Positions 9,874 through 19,018 of a stretch of 64,000 nucleotides of DNA are shown here, in pieces. Under the pieces are notes generated by a model. That model ran no database searches. It was not told the origin of the DNA and saw only the letters and a list, made by a program, of their open reading frames with translations. The DNA is taken from contig WANQ01000034.1 of assembly GCA_015521735.1 (NCBI GenBank), forward strand, positions 10,201 through 74,200, given 5' to 3'. Origin of the DNA: Pyrodictiaceae archaeon (lineage in GTDB: Archaea > Thermoproteota > Thermoprotei_A > Sulfolobales > WANQ01). Each line of letters begins with the position of its first letter. Position 1 is the first letter of the stretch. A program made the translations under genes and the position numbers.

Positions 9874-10884
9874 ATGAGGCACGGTACAATCGATATGGCT
9901 TTTAACGAAGAGAATATCGGAGAAGGGAAAGTCAAGGGCCGCACAACTAGTGAGATAGTTGAAGCTATTTCAAAGAAAATCATTGATATATATGGTAAAA
10001 CTATTAAGTATTATAAACCAGTACGTAACCCAATGCTAATGGTTAAGGAATTAAGGTCTAGGTTTAAGCTAATTGTGCCACAGAGAATAGTTTCATTAAC
10101 TATTGCCGCTTTTCTAAGTAATAGACCTGTACTATATGAAGGACCTCCAGGTACTGGTAAAACGGAAATAGGTGAAGCTATTTTAACCCTATGGGCAGGT
10201 AAATCCTCATTTGTATTACCATGTAGTAGCAACTATGATGAATACAGGGTTATAGGAGATTTCCATCCTTTAATGGCATTAAGATATGGTTTTAACGAAG
10301 AAAGTTACATACCTAGAACAATACTAGCAGCACTAGTACTAGACACTGGTGTACTTGTTGATGAAATAAGAAGGAGTAGTGAGGAATTCCAGAACCTTTT
10401 ATTAGACATCATTGATAAGAGGAGGATAATTGTACCAGAATTAAAGGCTGTATTTAAGGCAAGAGGCCAGGGATTCCAAATAATTTTTACAAGTAACCCA
10501 GAGGATATAGGTCAAGGTGAACTAAGCGATGCGTTCTTAAGAAGGGTAGTACGTATTAGGTTTTATTATCCATCTAAGGAACTTGAATATGAAATAGTTA
10601 AAATAAGAACTAGCGATATCAATGTTGAGTTGCCAAATGAGTTATTGTCGAAAATGCTTGAAGTAGTTAACATGCTTAGAGAGAAAGCTTTACACAAGCC
10701 TGGACCTGCAGATACTGTTCTTTGGGCAACCCTAGCTAAACACTTAGCCTTAGTAGCTGGTAAAAAAGTGGTTGATGTAAGAGATGTAGTTGAAAGTGCT
10801 CCAATAGCTCTCATCAAGCGTGAGGAAGATACAGATATTGTTATTAAAACTGTTTCTGAGCTTCTTGGTGCTTCACCTTGGTAG
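9874..10884 (+). CDS. MoxR-family AAA+ ATPase
   Basis: Walker A YEGPPGTGKTE and Walker B GVLVDEIRR. About 330 aa with the single-AAA architecture typical of MoxR, followed by a VWA partner. Confidence 0.82.
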   Translation: MRHGTIDMAFNEENIGEGKVKGRTTSEIVEAISKKIIDIYGKTIKYYKPVRNPMLMVKELRSRFKLIVPQRIVSLTIAAFLSNRPVLYEGPPGTGKTEIGEAILTLWAGKSSFVLPCSSNYDEYRVIGDFHPLMALRYGFNEESYIPRTILAALVLDTGVLVDEIRRSSEEFQNLLLDIIDKRRIIVPELKAVFKARGQGFQIIFTSNPEDIGQGELSDAFLRRVVRIRFYYPSKELEYEIVKIRTSDINVELPNELLSKMLEVVNMLREKALHKPGPADTVLWATLAKHLALVAGKKVVDVRDVVESAPIALIKREEDTDIVIKTVSELLGASPW

Positions 10885-12914
10885 ATATCGTTAAAAAGAT
10901 CTTGAACACAGCATTAGAGCTAAGGAAATACAATATTAGTATAGGGACTTCAGAAATAGTATCTGCTATAAACCTTGTCAAATCATACTCTTATATCTTA
11001 GGTAAAGATCCTTCAGAACTAACAGATGATGAATTAAGATTTATTCTTGAATCAGTTTTTGTTAAAAGAGACTACATTAAACCATACTTTGACAAAGCAT
11101 GGAATAACACCAATGAATTAAGTAATAATATCAATGCAGATAAGCTATTAAACCAAATAGAGAAAAAACTTAATATGCTTAAGTTAAACTTTGGAGCAAC
11201 CTTTAAATCCATTAACACTATAATTGATAAGAAGAAAAATAGAAAGCAACAGAAAATAATACGTGATGCACTATCAACCTTGCAGAGAATAGGCGTAATA
11301 AGGAAGTATAAACGAGGTTATAGAGTTGTTGACAAGAGGAAAGCCCATGAAATAGCTGAAAGTTTAGCTAGGAAAGGTTATGATAGTATAGTAAAAGCTG
11401 GCATGGATGAATTAGTAGACAAGTTAATTAGGAGACCCCATTACTTGATCTCTAAGGACGTAAACGTAATTGTATATGGAGGCTTAACTGAGGACCACGT
11501 TAAACAGATGAATACTCAACAATTACTAGAAATAGCATACTATGCTTACAAGATGGGAAATAAGAAGCTACTACAACTAGTATTAAAGGAATTGTCGCAA
11601 AGAAGTAATTTAGATGAATATATTACGGAAAAACACTTAGAGTTCCTTAAAAGAACTAGTTTTTTAACCAGCAATAATGCTTTAAGTATTCTTAAGAATA
11701 AACCGCGTTTGCTAAAGAGCTATTATGGCTCTAAGGAACTATTAACAATATTAAAGAGTCAAACCAGGAATTTCAGTGAAAACATATTAGATATACTTAA
11801 CGCTCTACCATACATTGCTGATGAACTTGATGCTAAAGACATTGAAAGGATACTAAGCAAAGTGCCGTTGACTAAGTTCCATAAGATTCCACGTAAATTA
11901 TTACGTAAAATAAAGGATCCAAAACTAGTACATGATTTAAATATGGCATTGAATGCAAGTAAAGCATTTGAGTATTTAGTGAAAGCATACAGCACTAATA
12001 CTGATATTGAGGCTAATGTAGAGTATGCAGAATATCTCTTAACTAAAATCATCAATAGTAGGCACTATACTAGTCTAGGCTACAGTGCTAAACTATTTGC
12101 CGATAGGTTAATGAAAATACTATCTAGTACAAGAGGTGAGAGCTCGTTAAGTGCAATAGTAGAGCTATTACGTGGTATGGACTTCATGGAAGCATGGGAT
12201 ATGCTTAGATCTCTTTACTTAACTACAAGTGATCAATTACTTAAAATGAAGATTAGAACGATAGCGAGTAGGCTCTGGATGAAACAACGTGGTAGTATAC
12301 GATCACGAATTTTAAACAATTATGTAAAGAGTAGTAATGAGTATGGTAGAATAGATGTTAGGGAGACTATACTAAATATTGTGAGGTTAAAGAACAATCC
12401 TATAAGGTATAGAAGTAGGGTTAAGCTAAAGGATTTGAACCTTGTAGTAGATGTAAGTGGTAGCATGTATAGGTACTCGACATGGGTTCTTCTAACAGCA
12501 TCAGCTTTCATAAAGAATGTTTCAAGAATAGTAGTTTTCAGTGAAGAACCTAAGGTAATAGATCTTAAGAAAAATAGAACAAGCATGAACACGTTGATAG
12601 ATTATCTTTTATCTATGAGGTTTGGAGGTTATACTGATATAGTTAGTGCATTGATGAAAGCTATAGAGAATACCTCTACACGTAGAATTATTTTAATATC
12701 TGATCTTAAACAAACAGTTAAAACCAATATTGATATTGTAGAACTAATTAAGTCATTATTAGTAAAAGGATGGAGTATAGCTATAATAGCACCCAAATCA
12801 GTAAATGATGTAGTATATAGAAGGATGATTAGAGATAATATACCAGTTTATGTAGTTGAGAACCCCCTTAAAACGCCTATGATATTCTATCAGGTATGGA
12901 GATCTCTTAAGTAA
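10878..12914 (+). CDS. VWA-domain protein (MoxR partner) with a long helical N-terminal region
   Basis: C-terminal MIDAS motif LVVDVSGSMYRYS. The TTG start overlaps the MoxR stop by 7 nt (translational coupling). Confidence 0.75.
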   Translation: MVDIVKKILNTALELRKYNISIGTSEIVSAINLVKSYSYILGKDPSELTDDELRFILESVFVKRDYIKPYFDKAWNNTNELSNNINADKLLNQIEKKLNMLKLNFGATFKSINTIIDKKKNRKQQKIIRDALSTLQRIGVIRKYKRGYRVVDKRKAHEIAESLARKGYDSIVKAGMDELVDKLIRRPHYLISKDVNVIVYGGLTEDHVKQMNTQQLLEIAYYAYKMGNKKLLQLVLKELSQRSNLDEYITEKHLEFLKRTSFLTSNNALSILKNKPRLLKSYYGSKELLTILKSQTRNFSENILDILNALPYIADELDAKDIERILSKVPLTKFHKIPRKLLRKIKDPKLVHDLNMALNASKAFEYLVKAYSTNTDIEANVEYAEYLLTKIINSRHYTSLGYSAKLFADRLMKILSSTRGESSLSAIVELLRGMDFMEAWDMLRSLYLTTSDQLLKMKIRTIASRLWMKQRGSIRSRILNNYVKSSNEYGRIDVRETILNIVRLKNNPIRYRSRVKLKDLNLVVDVSGSMYRYSTWVLLTASAFIKNVSRIVVFSEEPKVIDLKKNRTSMNTLIDYLLSMRFGGYTDIVSALMKAIENTSTRRIILISDLKQTVKTNIDIVELIKSLLVKGWSIAIIAPKSVNDVVYRRMIRDNIPVYVVENPLKTPMIFYQVWRSLK

Positions 12915-12999
12915 CTTCCTTGCCTCTTGTGTTTAGGAGAACTGCTTTTAAGACTTAGCTTAATATAGCAGTAAAGAATAAGCAATAACTACAGGTAAG

Positions 13000-13821
13000 G
13001 TGAAGGTCTTGGAGAACCATAAAATAGCGATAATAATAGCCCTATTAATAATTACCTCAACGAGTATATACACTATAGCACAACAGCTAATAATAGGCAC
13101 AAATAAACCTACATATACATTAGGAGATACAATAACGATCACGGGTAATGGACCTGCAAACGAAGTATTGGCATTCATAGTCCTCTATAACGACAAAGCA
13201 TTAGCTATAGGACAATTACCCATAGATGCTAATGGCTCATTCTCTACGGTATTACCACAACTTGATCTTACTACCCCTGGAACACATACGTTAACAATAA
13301 TAGGAAGCGTTGACCTTGTCACTACTAGTATTAGGAATACATCAACCTTCATCCTAGTAGTACCATCAACTAATACCACGACAACTAATACCACTCCTAC
13401 AACTCTCACAACAGTAACTGTGACAACAACTGTGACGGAAACAGTAACAGAGACCCAAACAACAACAGAAACAGTGACGACTACAAGAACTACTACTAGG
13501 TATCTTACGGAGACTGTAACGAAGATCCTAATCAATACTACAACTGTTACACTAACAAATACGGTAACAGAGACTTCAACAATTGAAAAGACAGTAACAG
13601 AGACTCAAACGGTAACAGAAACCAAAACACTAACTAAGACGGAAACTGAGACTAAAACCGTAACAGAAACCGAGACCATCACGACAATTAACGAGTATAC
13701 AAAAACCGTTACAACAACAATGACTGTTCCAGCATCATTCTATGAGAAGATTATATACCTAGTTGTAGGCTTACTTGTTGGTGCAGCGATTATTTATGCG
13801 ATAAGGATATTCTCCAGGTAG
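13000..13821 (+). CDS. Thr-rich cell-surface protein, probably glycosylated; N-terminal signal/TM and C-terminal TM anchor
   Basis: GTG start. Hydrophobic N-terminus IAIIIALLIITSTSIY, an Ig-like segment, about 120 aa of TVTET-type repeats, and C-terminal IIYLVVGLLVGAAIIYAI. Confidence 0.7.
   Translation: MKVLENHKIAIIIALLIITSTSIYTIAQQLIIGTNKPTYTLGDTITITGNGPANEVLAFIVLYNDKALAIGQLPIDANGSFSTVLPQLDLTTPGTHTLTIIGSVDLVTTSIRNTSTFILVVPSTNTTTTNTTPTTLTTVTVTTTVTETVTETQTTTETVTTTRTTTRYLTETVTKILINTTTVTLTNTVTETSTIEKTVTETQTVTETKTLTKTETETKTVTETETITTINEYTKTVTTTMTVPASFYEKIIYLVVGLLVGAAIIYAIRIFSR
13366..13728 (+). repeat. Degenerate tandem codon repeats encoding (T-V-T-E-T-x-T)n low-complexity linker
   Basis: Repeated acagtaacagagac / acggtaacagaaac units. 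The protein reads TVTVTTTVTETVTETQTTTETV...TVTETQTVTETKTLTKTETETKTVTETETI. Confidence 0.85.
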
Positions 13822-13864
13822 GGTGTATTTAAGGTAAAATTAATACAATATTTTTCACTTTAGT

Positions 13865-14344
13865 TTACTTTAATGCAACGAAGAGAGAGCTTCTAGTAGC
13901 CTTTAATCCTGGTTCACCGTGTTCAACTTTCTTGCATGTTGGACTGAATTCTCCTAGATAATGTCCTATCATCTCAGGTGTTATCTTAACTGGTATGAAC
14001 TCCTTACCATTGTATACTGCAATTGTTAAGCCAACCATTTCTGGTAATATAACCATGTCTCTTACATGCGTTTTGATTACCACCTTTTTGCCTTGAGAAA
14101 TAAGTCTACGTGCCCTCCTAATCTTTTCAAGTAGTCTTCGCTGAGCTGGGGTAAAACCTCTTCTTATACTTCTTCTAGCCCTAGCAGGAAGTAGTTTAAT
14201 TAAATCATCCATAGGCATTAATAGTAATTCTTCTAGTGTATGGCCTCTATACCTAAACTTTCTCCATTCCGGTGGTATAGGTACACCTAGTATCTTTTCC
14301 AAATCTATACTCGTTGTCATACTTCGCTTAGCTGTTGATGCCAA
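13865..14344 (-). CDS. rps19: 30S ribosomal protein uS19
   Basis: C-terminal [34 protein letters not shown]. The ORF starts at a TTG; an ATG at 14320 is an alternative start. Confidence 0.92.
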   Translation of the reverse strand: MASTAKRSMTTSIDLEKILGVPIPPEWRKFRYRGHTLEELLLMPMDDLIKLLPARARRSIRRGFTPAQRRLLEKIRRARRLISQGKKVVIKTHVRDMVILPEMVGLTIAVYNGKEFIPVKITPEMIGHYLGEFSPTCKKVEHGEPGLKATRSSLFVALK

Positions 14345-14536
14345 AGCCTTATCACCTAGCCTCAGCTACCACGTCATGATAATATTAGCCTGCTTAAAAG
14401 GTTTAGGCTGTAGAAGTATTTAAACATTAAATACACAGAAAAATATAGGGGATGAAGAAGCTGACCTGCTGAGACTATATACGGAATGATCGAAGAGAGG
14501 CAGTCCCACAGACCCCTTAATAATATCCTCCTGGTA

Positions 14537-14800
14537 ATGTCTATGGGTAAAAAGAAGAGCTTAATTAGAGAATTAATAAATAAAGGATTATGGAGTAATG
14601 AGAAAAGCTTATATGAAATAGTGATAGTGCATAGAGGTGTAAAGGGTAATAGGATTAGCCTTAGACTAGATGAGATAAATGGGGTGCGTGATGGTTACAT
14701 CATAGTTGGTGATACACTAATACCTCTTCATAGAGTTGTGGAAATAAGATATAAGGGTAAGATTTTATTAAAGAGAAAGCATAGCATTACCGAGGAGTAG
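14537..14800 (+). CDS. DUF504/UPF0248 family protein (MJ1316-like RNA-end recognition domain)
   Basis: LIRELINKGLW...YEIVIVHRGVKGN...IPLHRVVEIRYKGKILLKR matches the family pattern. The ORF is open from 14486, but the usual ~85-aa size favours ATG 14537 or 14543. Confidence 0.7.
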   Translation: MSMGKKKSLIRELINKGLWSNEKSLYEIVIVHRGVKGNRISLRLDEINGVRDGYIIVGDTLIPLHRVVEIRYKGKILLKRKHSITEE

Positions 14801-14851
14801 CTTTAGGAAAAAATTTTATGAACTAATATGTATAGTTTTGGTTGAACTTGC

Positions 14852-15034
14852 TTAGCCTACTGGGTAGTCGTCGGGTACCTTAGCTCTGAAGTATTTGCCT
14901 GTTTCTGGGCTCTTGAATAGGCCTATTTTGACTCCTTTCCTGCCTTTTGGTGCTAGTACCCAGGCCTTTACTGGGGCAATCTCAATTTCCTTTCCAGTTG
15001 TTGGATCCTTTACCTTGACTGGAGGCTTGCTCAT
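14852..15034 (-). CDS. cren7: Chromatin protein Cren7
   Basis: 60 aa. [54 protein letters not shown] is near-identical in pattern to Sulfolobus Cren7. Confidence 0.93.
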   Translation of the reverse strand: MSKPPVKVKDPTTGKEIEIAPVKAWVLAPKGRKGVKIGLFKSPETGKYFRAKVPDDYPVG

Positions 15035-15203
15035 ATGTGTTCACCTAGGCTTCTTTGTTGTATCCGTGTATATGGTATGTATTTAATAATAGTAAGCGTT
15101 ATGGTTAACATTATTTGAGTCACCTTATAGCTAATTCAAGGTATCACTTAATGTATAATTAAAGGTTTCCTTTAACATAGCCTTATCAGCGCCAATAATT
15201 TTA

Positions 15204-15293
15204 ATGTTGCACATACACCAACATATTGATGTATATACATCAATATACAAGATGTTGCATAGGTAGGAGTATGTATATGGTGTATACATCAAT
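15204..15293. promoter_or_regulatory. Composite operator-like repeat cluster in the Cren7/uL2 divergent spacer
   Basis: Inverted repeat ATGTTG-9 nt-CAACAT (15204-15224). Perfect 20-bp palindrome ATTGATGTATATACATCAAT (15225-15244). Repeat ATGTTGCATA (15252-15261). A third half-site GTATACATCAAT (15282-15293) abuts the uL2 TATA-like CTTTTAAG (15298-15305). Confidence 0.5.
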
Positions 15294-15346
15294 AAACCTT
15301 TTAAGCAAGTAGCTAGGGTAGTATATAGCGCTAAGGAGGAGGAATC

Positions 15347-16066
15347 ATGGGGAAGCGTATATTAGTACAGCGTATGGGTAGAGGAACATCAACGTTTAGA
15401 AGTCCTGGACATATACATGTAGCTCCTGCTAAGTATCCTCAACTACCATTAAATGAGACATATAGGGGTAGAGTAATAGAATTAATTCACGACCCTGGAA
15501 GATACGTGCCACTAGCACATATAGTTCTTGAGAATGGAGTAGAATTCTATATTCCTGCTGCAGAAGGCATGTATCAAGGACAAATAATATATGTAGGACC
15601 CGAAGCACCCATAAGCAATGGTAACATATTACCTATAGGTAAAATACCTGAGGGAACACAGGTATACAATGTAGAGATAAGGCCTGGTGATGGGGGTAAA
15701 TTAGCACGTCAAGCTGGCTCTTATGCCATAGTAATGGGTAGATCGGGTAATAAGACGATAATCCAGCTTCCAAGTGGTAAAACCACTATGGTTCATAATG
15801 ATAGTAGAGCTACGATAGGTATACCAGCTGGTGGAGGGAGAATAGAGAAACCATTACTTAAGGCAGGGAACGCTTATCATAAGTGGAAGAAGAAGGCTAG
15901 AAAATGGCCAAGAGTACGAGGAGTAGCTATGAACGCTGTATCACACCCACATGGTGGTGGTAGACATCAGAGTCCTAGCTTCCCCACAACAGTAGCACGT
16001 GAAACACCACCTGGAAGAAAAGTTGGCCACATAGCAGCTAGAAGAACTGGTAGAAAGAAAGGCTAA
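15347..16066 (+). CDS. rpl2: 50S ribosomal protein uL2 (inverted relative to the rest of the cluster)
   Basis: 239 aa with GRGTSTFRSPGH...HPHGGGRHQSP. Strong SD AGGAGGAGG lies 5 nt upstream of the ATG. Confidence 0.94.
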   Translation: MGKRILVQRMGRGTSTFRSPGHIHVAPAKYPQLPLNETYRGRVIELIHDPGRYVPLAHIVLENGVEFYIPAAEGMYQGQIIYVGPEAPISNGNILPIGKIPEGTQVYNVEIRPGDGGKLARQAGSYAIVMGRSGNKTIIQLPSGKTTMVHNDSRATIGIPAGGGRIEKPLLKAGNAYHKWKKKARKWPRVRGVAMNAVSHPHGGGRHQSPSFPTTVARETPPGRKVGHIAARRTGRKKG

Positions 16067-16112
16067 TATCATCTTAACCATTAACTAATCATAGCAATTT
16101 AAGGATAAATAC

Positions 16113-16176
16113 ATGATGACGCCTGCGAAGCTGAGCACTGAGTATATAGAGCTATGAAGAAGCATGAGCGTTCTGA
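16113..16176 (+). ncRNA. Box C/D sRNA candidate
   Basis: C AUGAUGA (16113-19), 11 nt, D' CUGA (16131-34), 19-nt linker, C' AUGAAGA (16154-60), 12 nt, D CUGA (16173-76). Intergenic, just downstream of uL2. Confidence 0.55.
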
Positions 16177-16313
16177 TAACGACGTCTCCCATATTATTAT
16201 TTATGGTATTACTAATACACAACGATTGTTATACTTTAATCGCGAATTGCTATAACGTTCTTATACCTTATTTTTCAATATAGTTGTTTCAATGTATTGT
16301 GTCAGTTGAGGTA

Positions 16314-16790
16314 ATGAGTATGGCGTTATCGCCTTTACTAATTAAACAGATCCTTGGTTTACCAGATGAGTTGTTGGACACAAGTGGTATTAAGCTTCAT
16401 CTATGGAAGGTTTATGTCTTTAAAGGTAACGGTGTACTTAGCATCAATCATAGAAAATTACCTAAATATAGGGAATTAGAGCCTGGAGAAGACAAACACT
16501 ACTATCTTCCTACTGGCGTATATGTTATTCGATACAAAGAGTATGTTAAAATACCTGATAATTGTATAGGAATAGTGTTGCCTAGATCTAGCTTGCTTAG
16601 AATGGGTGCTACGATATATAGTGCTGTATGGGATCCTGGTTATGAAGGGCAAGGTATAGGGCTTCTAACTGTATTCAATCCTTATGGCTTAAATATACTT
16701 AAAGGTGCTCATATTGCTCAACTAATTTTATTTAAAGTTGAAGGAAAACCCGTGTTATACCAAGGCGTATATAAGGGTGAAAGAGGATAA
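16314..16790 (+). CDS. dUTPase-fold enzyme (dUTP diphosphatase / dCTP deaminase family)
   Basis: GIVLPRSSLLRMGATIYSAVWDPGYEGQGIGLLTVFN. The ORF is open from TTG 16284; ATG 16314 is preceded by GAGGTA. Confidence 0.75.
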   Translation: MSMALSPLLIKQILGLPDELLDTSGIKLHLWKVYVFKGNGVLSINHRKLPKYRELEPGEDKHYYLPTGVYVIRYKEYVKIPDNCIGIVLPRSSLLRMGATIYSAVWDPGYEGQGIGLLTVFNPYGLNILKGAHIAQLILFKVEGKPVLYQGVYKGERG

Positions 16791-16805
16791 GGATGTACTT
16801 GATCT

Positions 16806-17069
16806 TTACAGTATTCCTAGTCTTGAAGCTATATCTGATGCCTTGTATTCTTTAGATAGTTTTACATAAGCTTTCTTCTCACCCTTAGGTGTTATTAAGG
16901 TATTTACTTTAACTACCTTCACGTTGAACAGTTTTTCTACTGCATATTTAATATCGTGTTTCGTCGAATCTCTTGACACAATGAATGTCAGTGTGTTGTG
17001 TTTTTCTATTAGTAGTAACGCTTTCTCTGTATGAAGAGGTCTTATTAAAACCTTGTACGGGTCCTTCAT
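16806..17069 (-). CDS. rpl23: 50S ribosomal protein uL23
   Basis: 87 aa: [24 protein letters not shown]...KKAYVKL. 4-nt overlap with uL4. Confidence 0.92.
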   Translation of the reverse strand: MKDPYKVLIRPLHTEKALLLIEKHNTLTFIVSRDSTKHDIKYAVEKLFNVKVVKVNTLITPKGEKKAYVKLSKEYKASDIASRLGIL

Positions 17070-17899
17070 GGCATAAGCACCTCAAATCTCTTTGCTAATT
17101 CATTTAAGGCTTGTGCCGTAATTAGCGTTAATCTTCCCGGTACACCTCCAGGAGCTAGGTGTAATATGTTTAAGCTCCATGGTGATGCTACGTCTACTCC
17201 TGGGAAGTTATCTAGTACATCCGTTACTTCTGCTTGAGGATTTGAAACTATAACTAGTATACTTTTAGGTTTTTTGTATCTACGTCCTCTCATTTTACCT
17301 TTGCCAGCTCTTATTCTGGTATTCTTCTTTGCTCTCTCAATATCGTCCCATAGACCTATTTTCTTCAATACTTCTCTTACCTCTTTAGCTTTACTTAGTT
17401 TTTCAAACTCATCGACTATGATTATTGGTAGTTTCTTATCTTCGGGTACACGGTGGCCTCTCATTTTCACGAATTCAGGTCTAGCTGTAGCAGCTAATGC
17501 TGAAGCTACTGCAAGCTTCATTTCTTTCTTGTTTATCTCCTCATGAAGTTTCTTCTCAGGTGTTGGGGGAAATGCTAGTCTACCACCTACAGCTGAGTTT
17601 ATTAGTGCTGCTCTACCTGTACCAGGTATTCTAGGTACTCTAGCTATTCCTAGACCTACTCCAAAGCTTCTTGCTGTAGTCCTCTTACCTGCTAGTGGAT
17701 CTCGTCCTTTGGGTTGTAGTCTTGCAGTAAACGCACTAAGGTATGCTCTCTTAATGAGGTCTTTACGTACTATTAGTCCAAATACTGGTGGTAGCTGTAT
17801 TTCCTCTACTATGTTTCCTTCAAGATCATATAAAGGCACGGTTGGCGGCTGTGATGATAATAGTATTATTGTGGATCCTATCATCATATCACCATTCAT
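17066..17899 (-). CDS. rpl4: 50S ribosomal protein uL4
   Basis: 277-aa ORF: [28 protein letters not shown]. The true start may be a few codons in from the N-terminus. Confidence 0.92.
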   Translation of the reverse strand: MNGDMMIGSTIILLSSQPPTVPLYDLEGNIVEEIQLPPVFGLIVRKDLIKRAYLSAFTARLQPKGRDPLAGKRTTARSFGVGLGIARVPRIPGTGRAALINSAVGGRLAFPPTPEKKLHEEINKKEMKLAVASALAATARPEFVKMRGHRVPEDKKLPIIIVDEFEKLSKAKEVREVLKKIGLWDDIERAKKNTRIRAGKGKMRGRRYKKPKSILVIVSNPQAEVTDVLDNFPGVDVASPWSLNILHLAPGGVPGRLTLITAQALNELAKRFEVLMP

Positions 17900-17930
17900 G
17901 AGTACGTAGCATTATTATTATTCATACAGG

Positions 17931-18965
17931 TTATACACCTTGTTTACTTTCAAGACTAATATATGTTATTGTCGGCGCTCCAACAGGTTCCCATGGAGTT
18001 TTACGTATTGGGTGTCTTAAGATGACTATTCTCTTTCTTGGCCCGGGTACACTACCATGTAGCATTACGTAGTCACTTCTTACTATACCGTATCCTAGGA
18101 ATCCTCCTTTAGGTGTTACTTCTAGTCCATTCTCACCTATTTTCAGTATGCGTTTATTGTATTCTGTTCTTCTATGGAATCCTAATTGTCCTGGCTGTGG
18201 TACTGGGCTCACAGCACCAATACCTGGGCTCCTTGATCCTACTTTTCTGCTACCTTTCCTATGTTTATGCCATCTCGGCAATTCTTTTACTCCGAATCTT
18301 TTTATTACACCTTGGAATCCTTTACCTTTAGTTACTGCTATTACGTCTACGAATTGTCCTTCTTTGAACACCTCTTTTACACGTATGTTTTTACCTAGTA
18401 TTTCTTTGGCATACTCGAATCTTGATTCTATGCTGTCACCTCCTCCTACCTTTATCTCTATTATATCTGGTTTTTTCTTACTTAATCCTCCAGTTAGCTT
18501 AGGTTGTGTAGCAGCTATTACTCTAATATCAGCTACTTCGTTAATATGGTCCTCAATGAACTTTATCTTCTTGTCTACATCCTCTATTTTTAATGTTGGG
18601 ATAGCTCTGTGTATTTCTAAGTCTTCTGGTGGCTGAGTCCATGCTTCAGTGAGTGTTAGTAAGCCATAACCAGGTTTGTAGCGGTAGGCTCTTACAGCAA
18701 GAATGAACATTGGTGGTGCTTCAAGGATAGTTACTGGAGCAAATATTTCTCTATTAGGTGTTGCATAAGGTCCTGAACTTGGTCTATCATCTATATAGTA
18801 TACATGGGTCATACCAGCCTTGTAAGCTGCAAATGCAAGCAATATTGGCTTATCTGAATCTACTTCAGGCCAACTACGAATCCTAGGTACTATGCTACTT
18901 GCTCTTTTACGCGGCCTTAATCCTAGACTTCCTCTACGTGGTGCTCGCTTCTTCCGTGCACCCAT
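17931..18965 (-). CDS. rpl3: 50S ribosomal protein uL3
   Basis: 344 aa: [14 protein letters not shown]...[14 protein letters not shown]. First gene of the L3-L4-L23 block. Confidence 0.94.
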   Translation of the reverse strand: MGARKKRAPRRGSLGLRPRKRASSIVPRIRSWPEVDSDKPILLAFAAYKAGMTHVYYIDDRPSSGPYATPNREIFAPVTILEAPPMFILAVRAYRYKPGYGLLTLTEAWTQPPEDLEIHRAIPTLKIEDVDKKIKFIEDHINEVADIRVIAATQPKLTGGLSKKKPDIIEIKVGGGDSIESRFEYAKEILGKNIRVKEVFKEGQFVDVIAVTKGKGFQGVIKRFGVKELPRWHKHRKGSRKVGSRSPGIGAVSPVPQPGQLGFHRRTEYNKRILKIGENGLEVTPKGGFLGYGIVRSDYVMLHGSVPGPRKRIVILRHPIRKTPWEPVGAPTITYISLESKQGV

Positions 18966-19010
18966 TTAGTCACACCCATGCTACGCGGTATCAATGATAG
19001 ATTAGCGGGG

Positions 19011-19018
19011 CTTATAAA
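19011..19018 (-). promoter_or_regulatory. TATA-box candidate for the uL3-uL4-uL23 transcription unit
   Basis: The minus strand reads TTTATAAG, 46-53 nt upstream of the uL3 ATG (18965). Confidence 0.4.

Noticed and set aside
13185-13535. 116-aa Val-rich minus-strand ORF
   Set aside because: It is the mirror image of the Thr-codon repeat (ACN read antisense gives NGT, Val/Gly-type codons). It is an artefact of the repeat.
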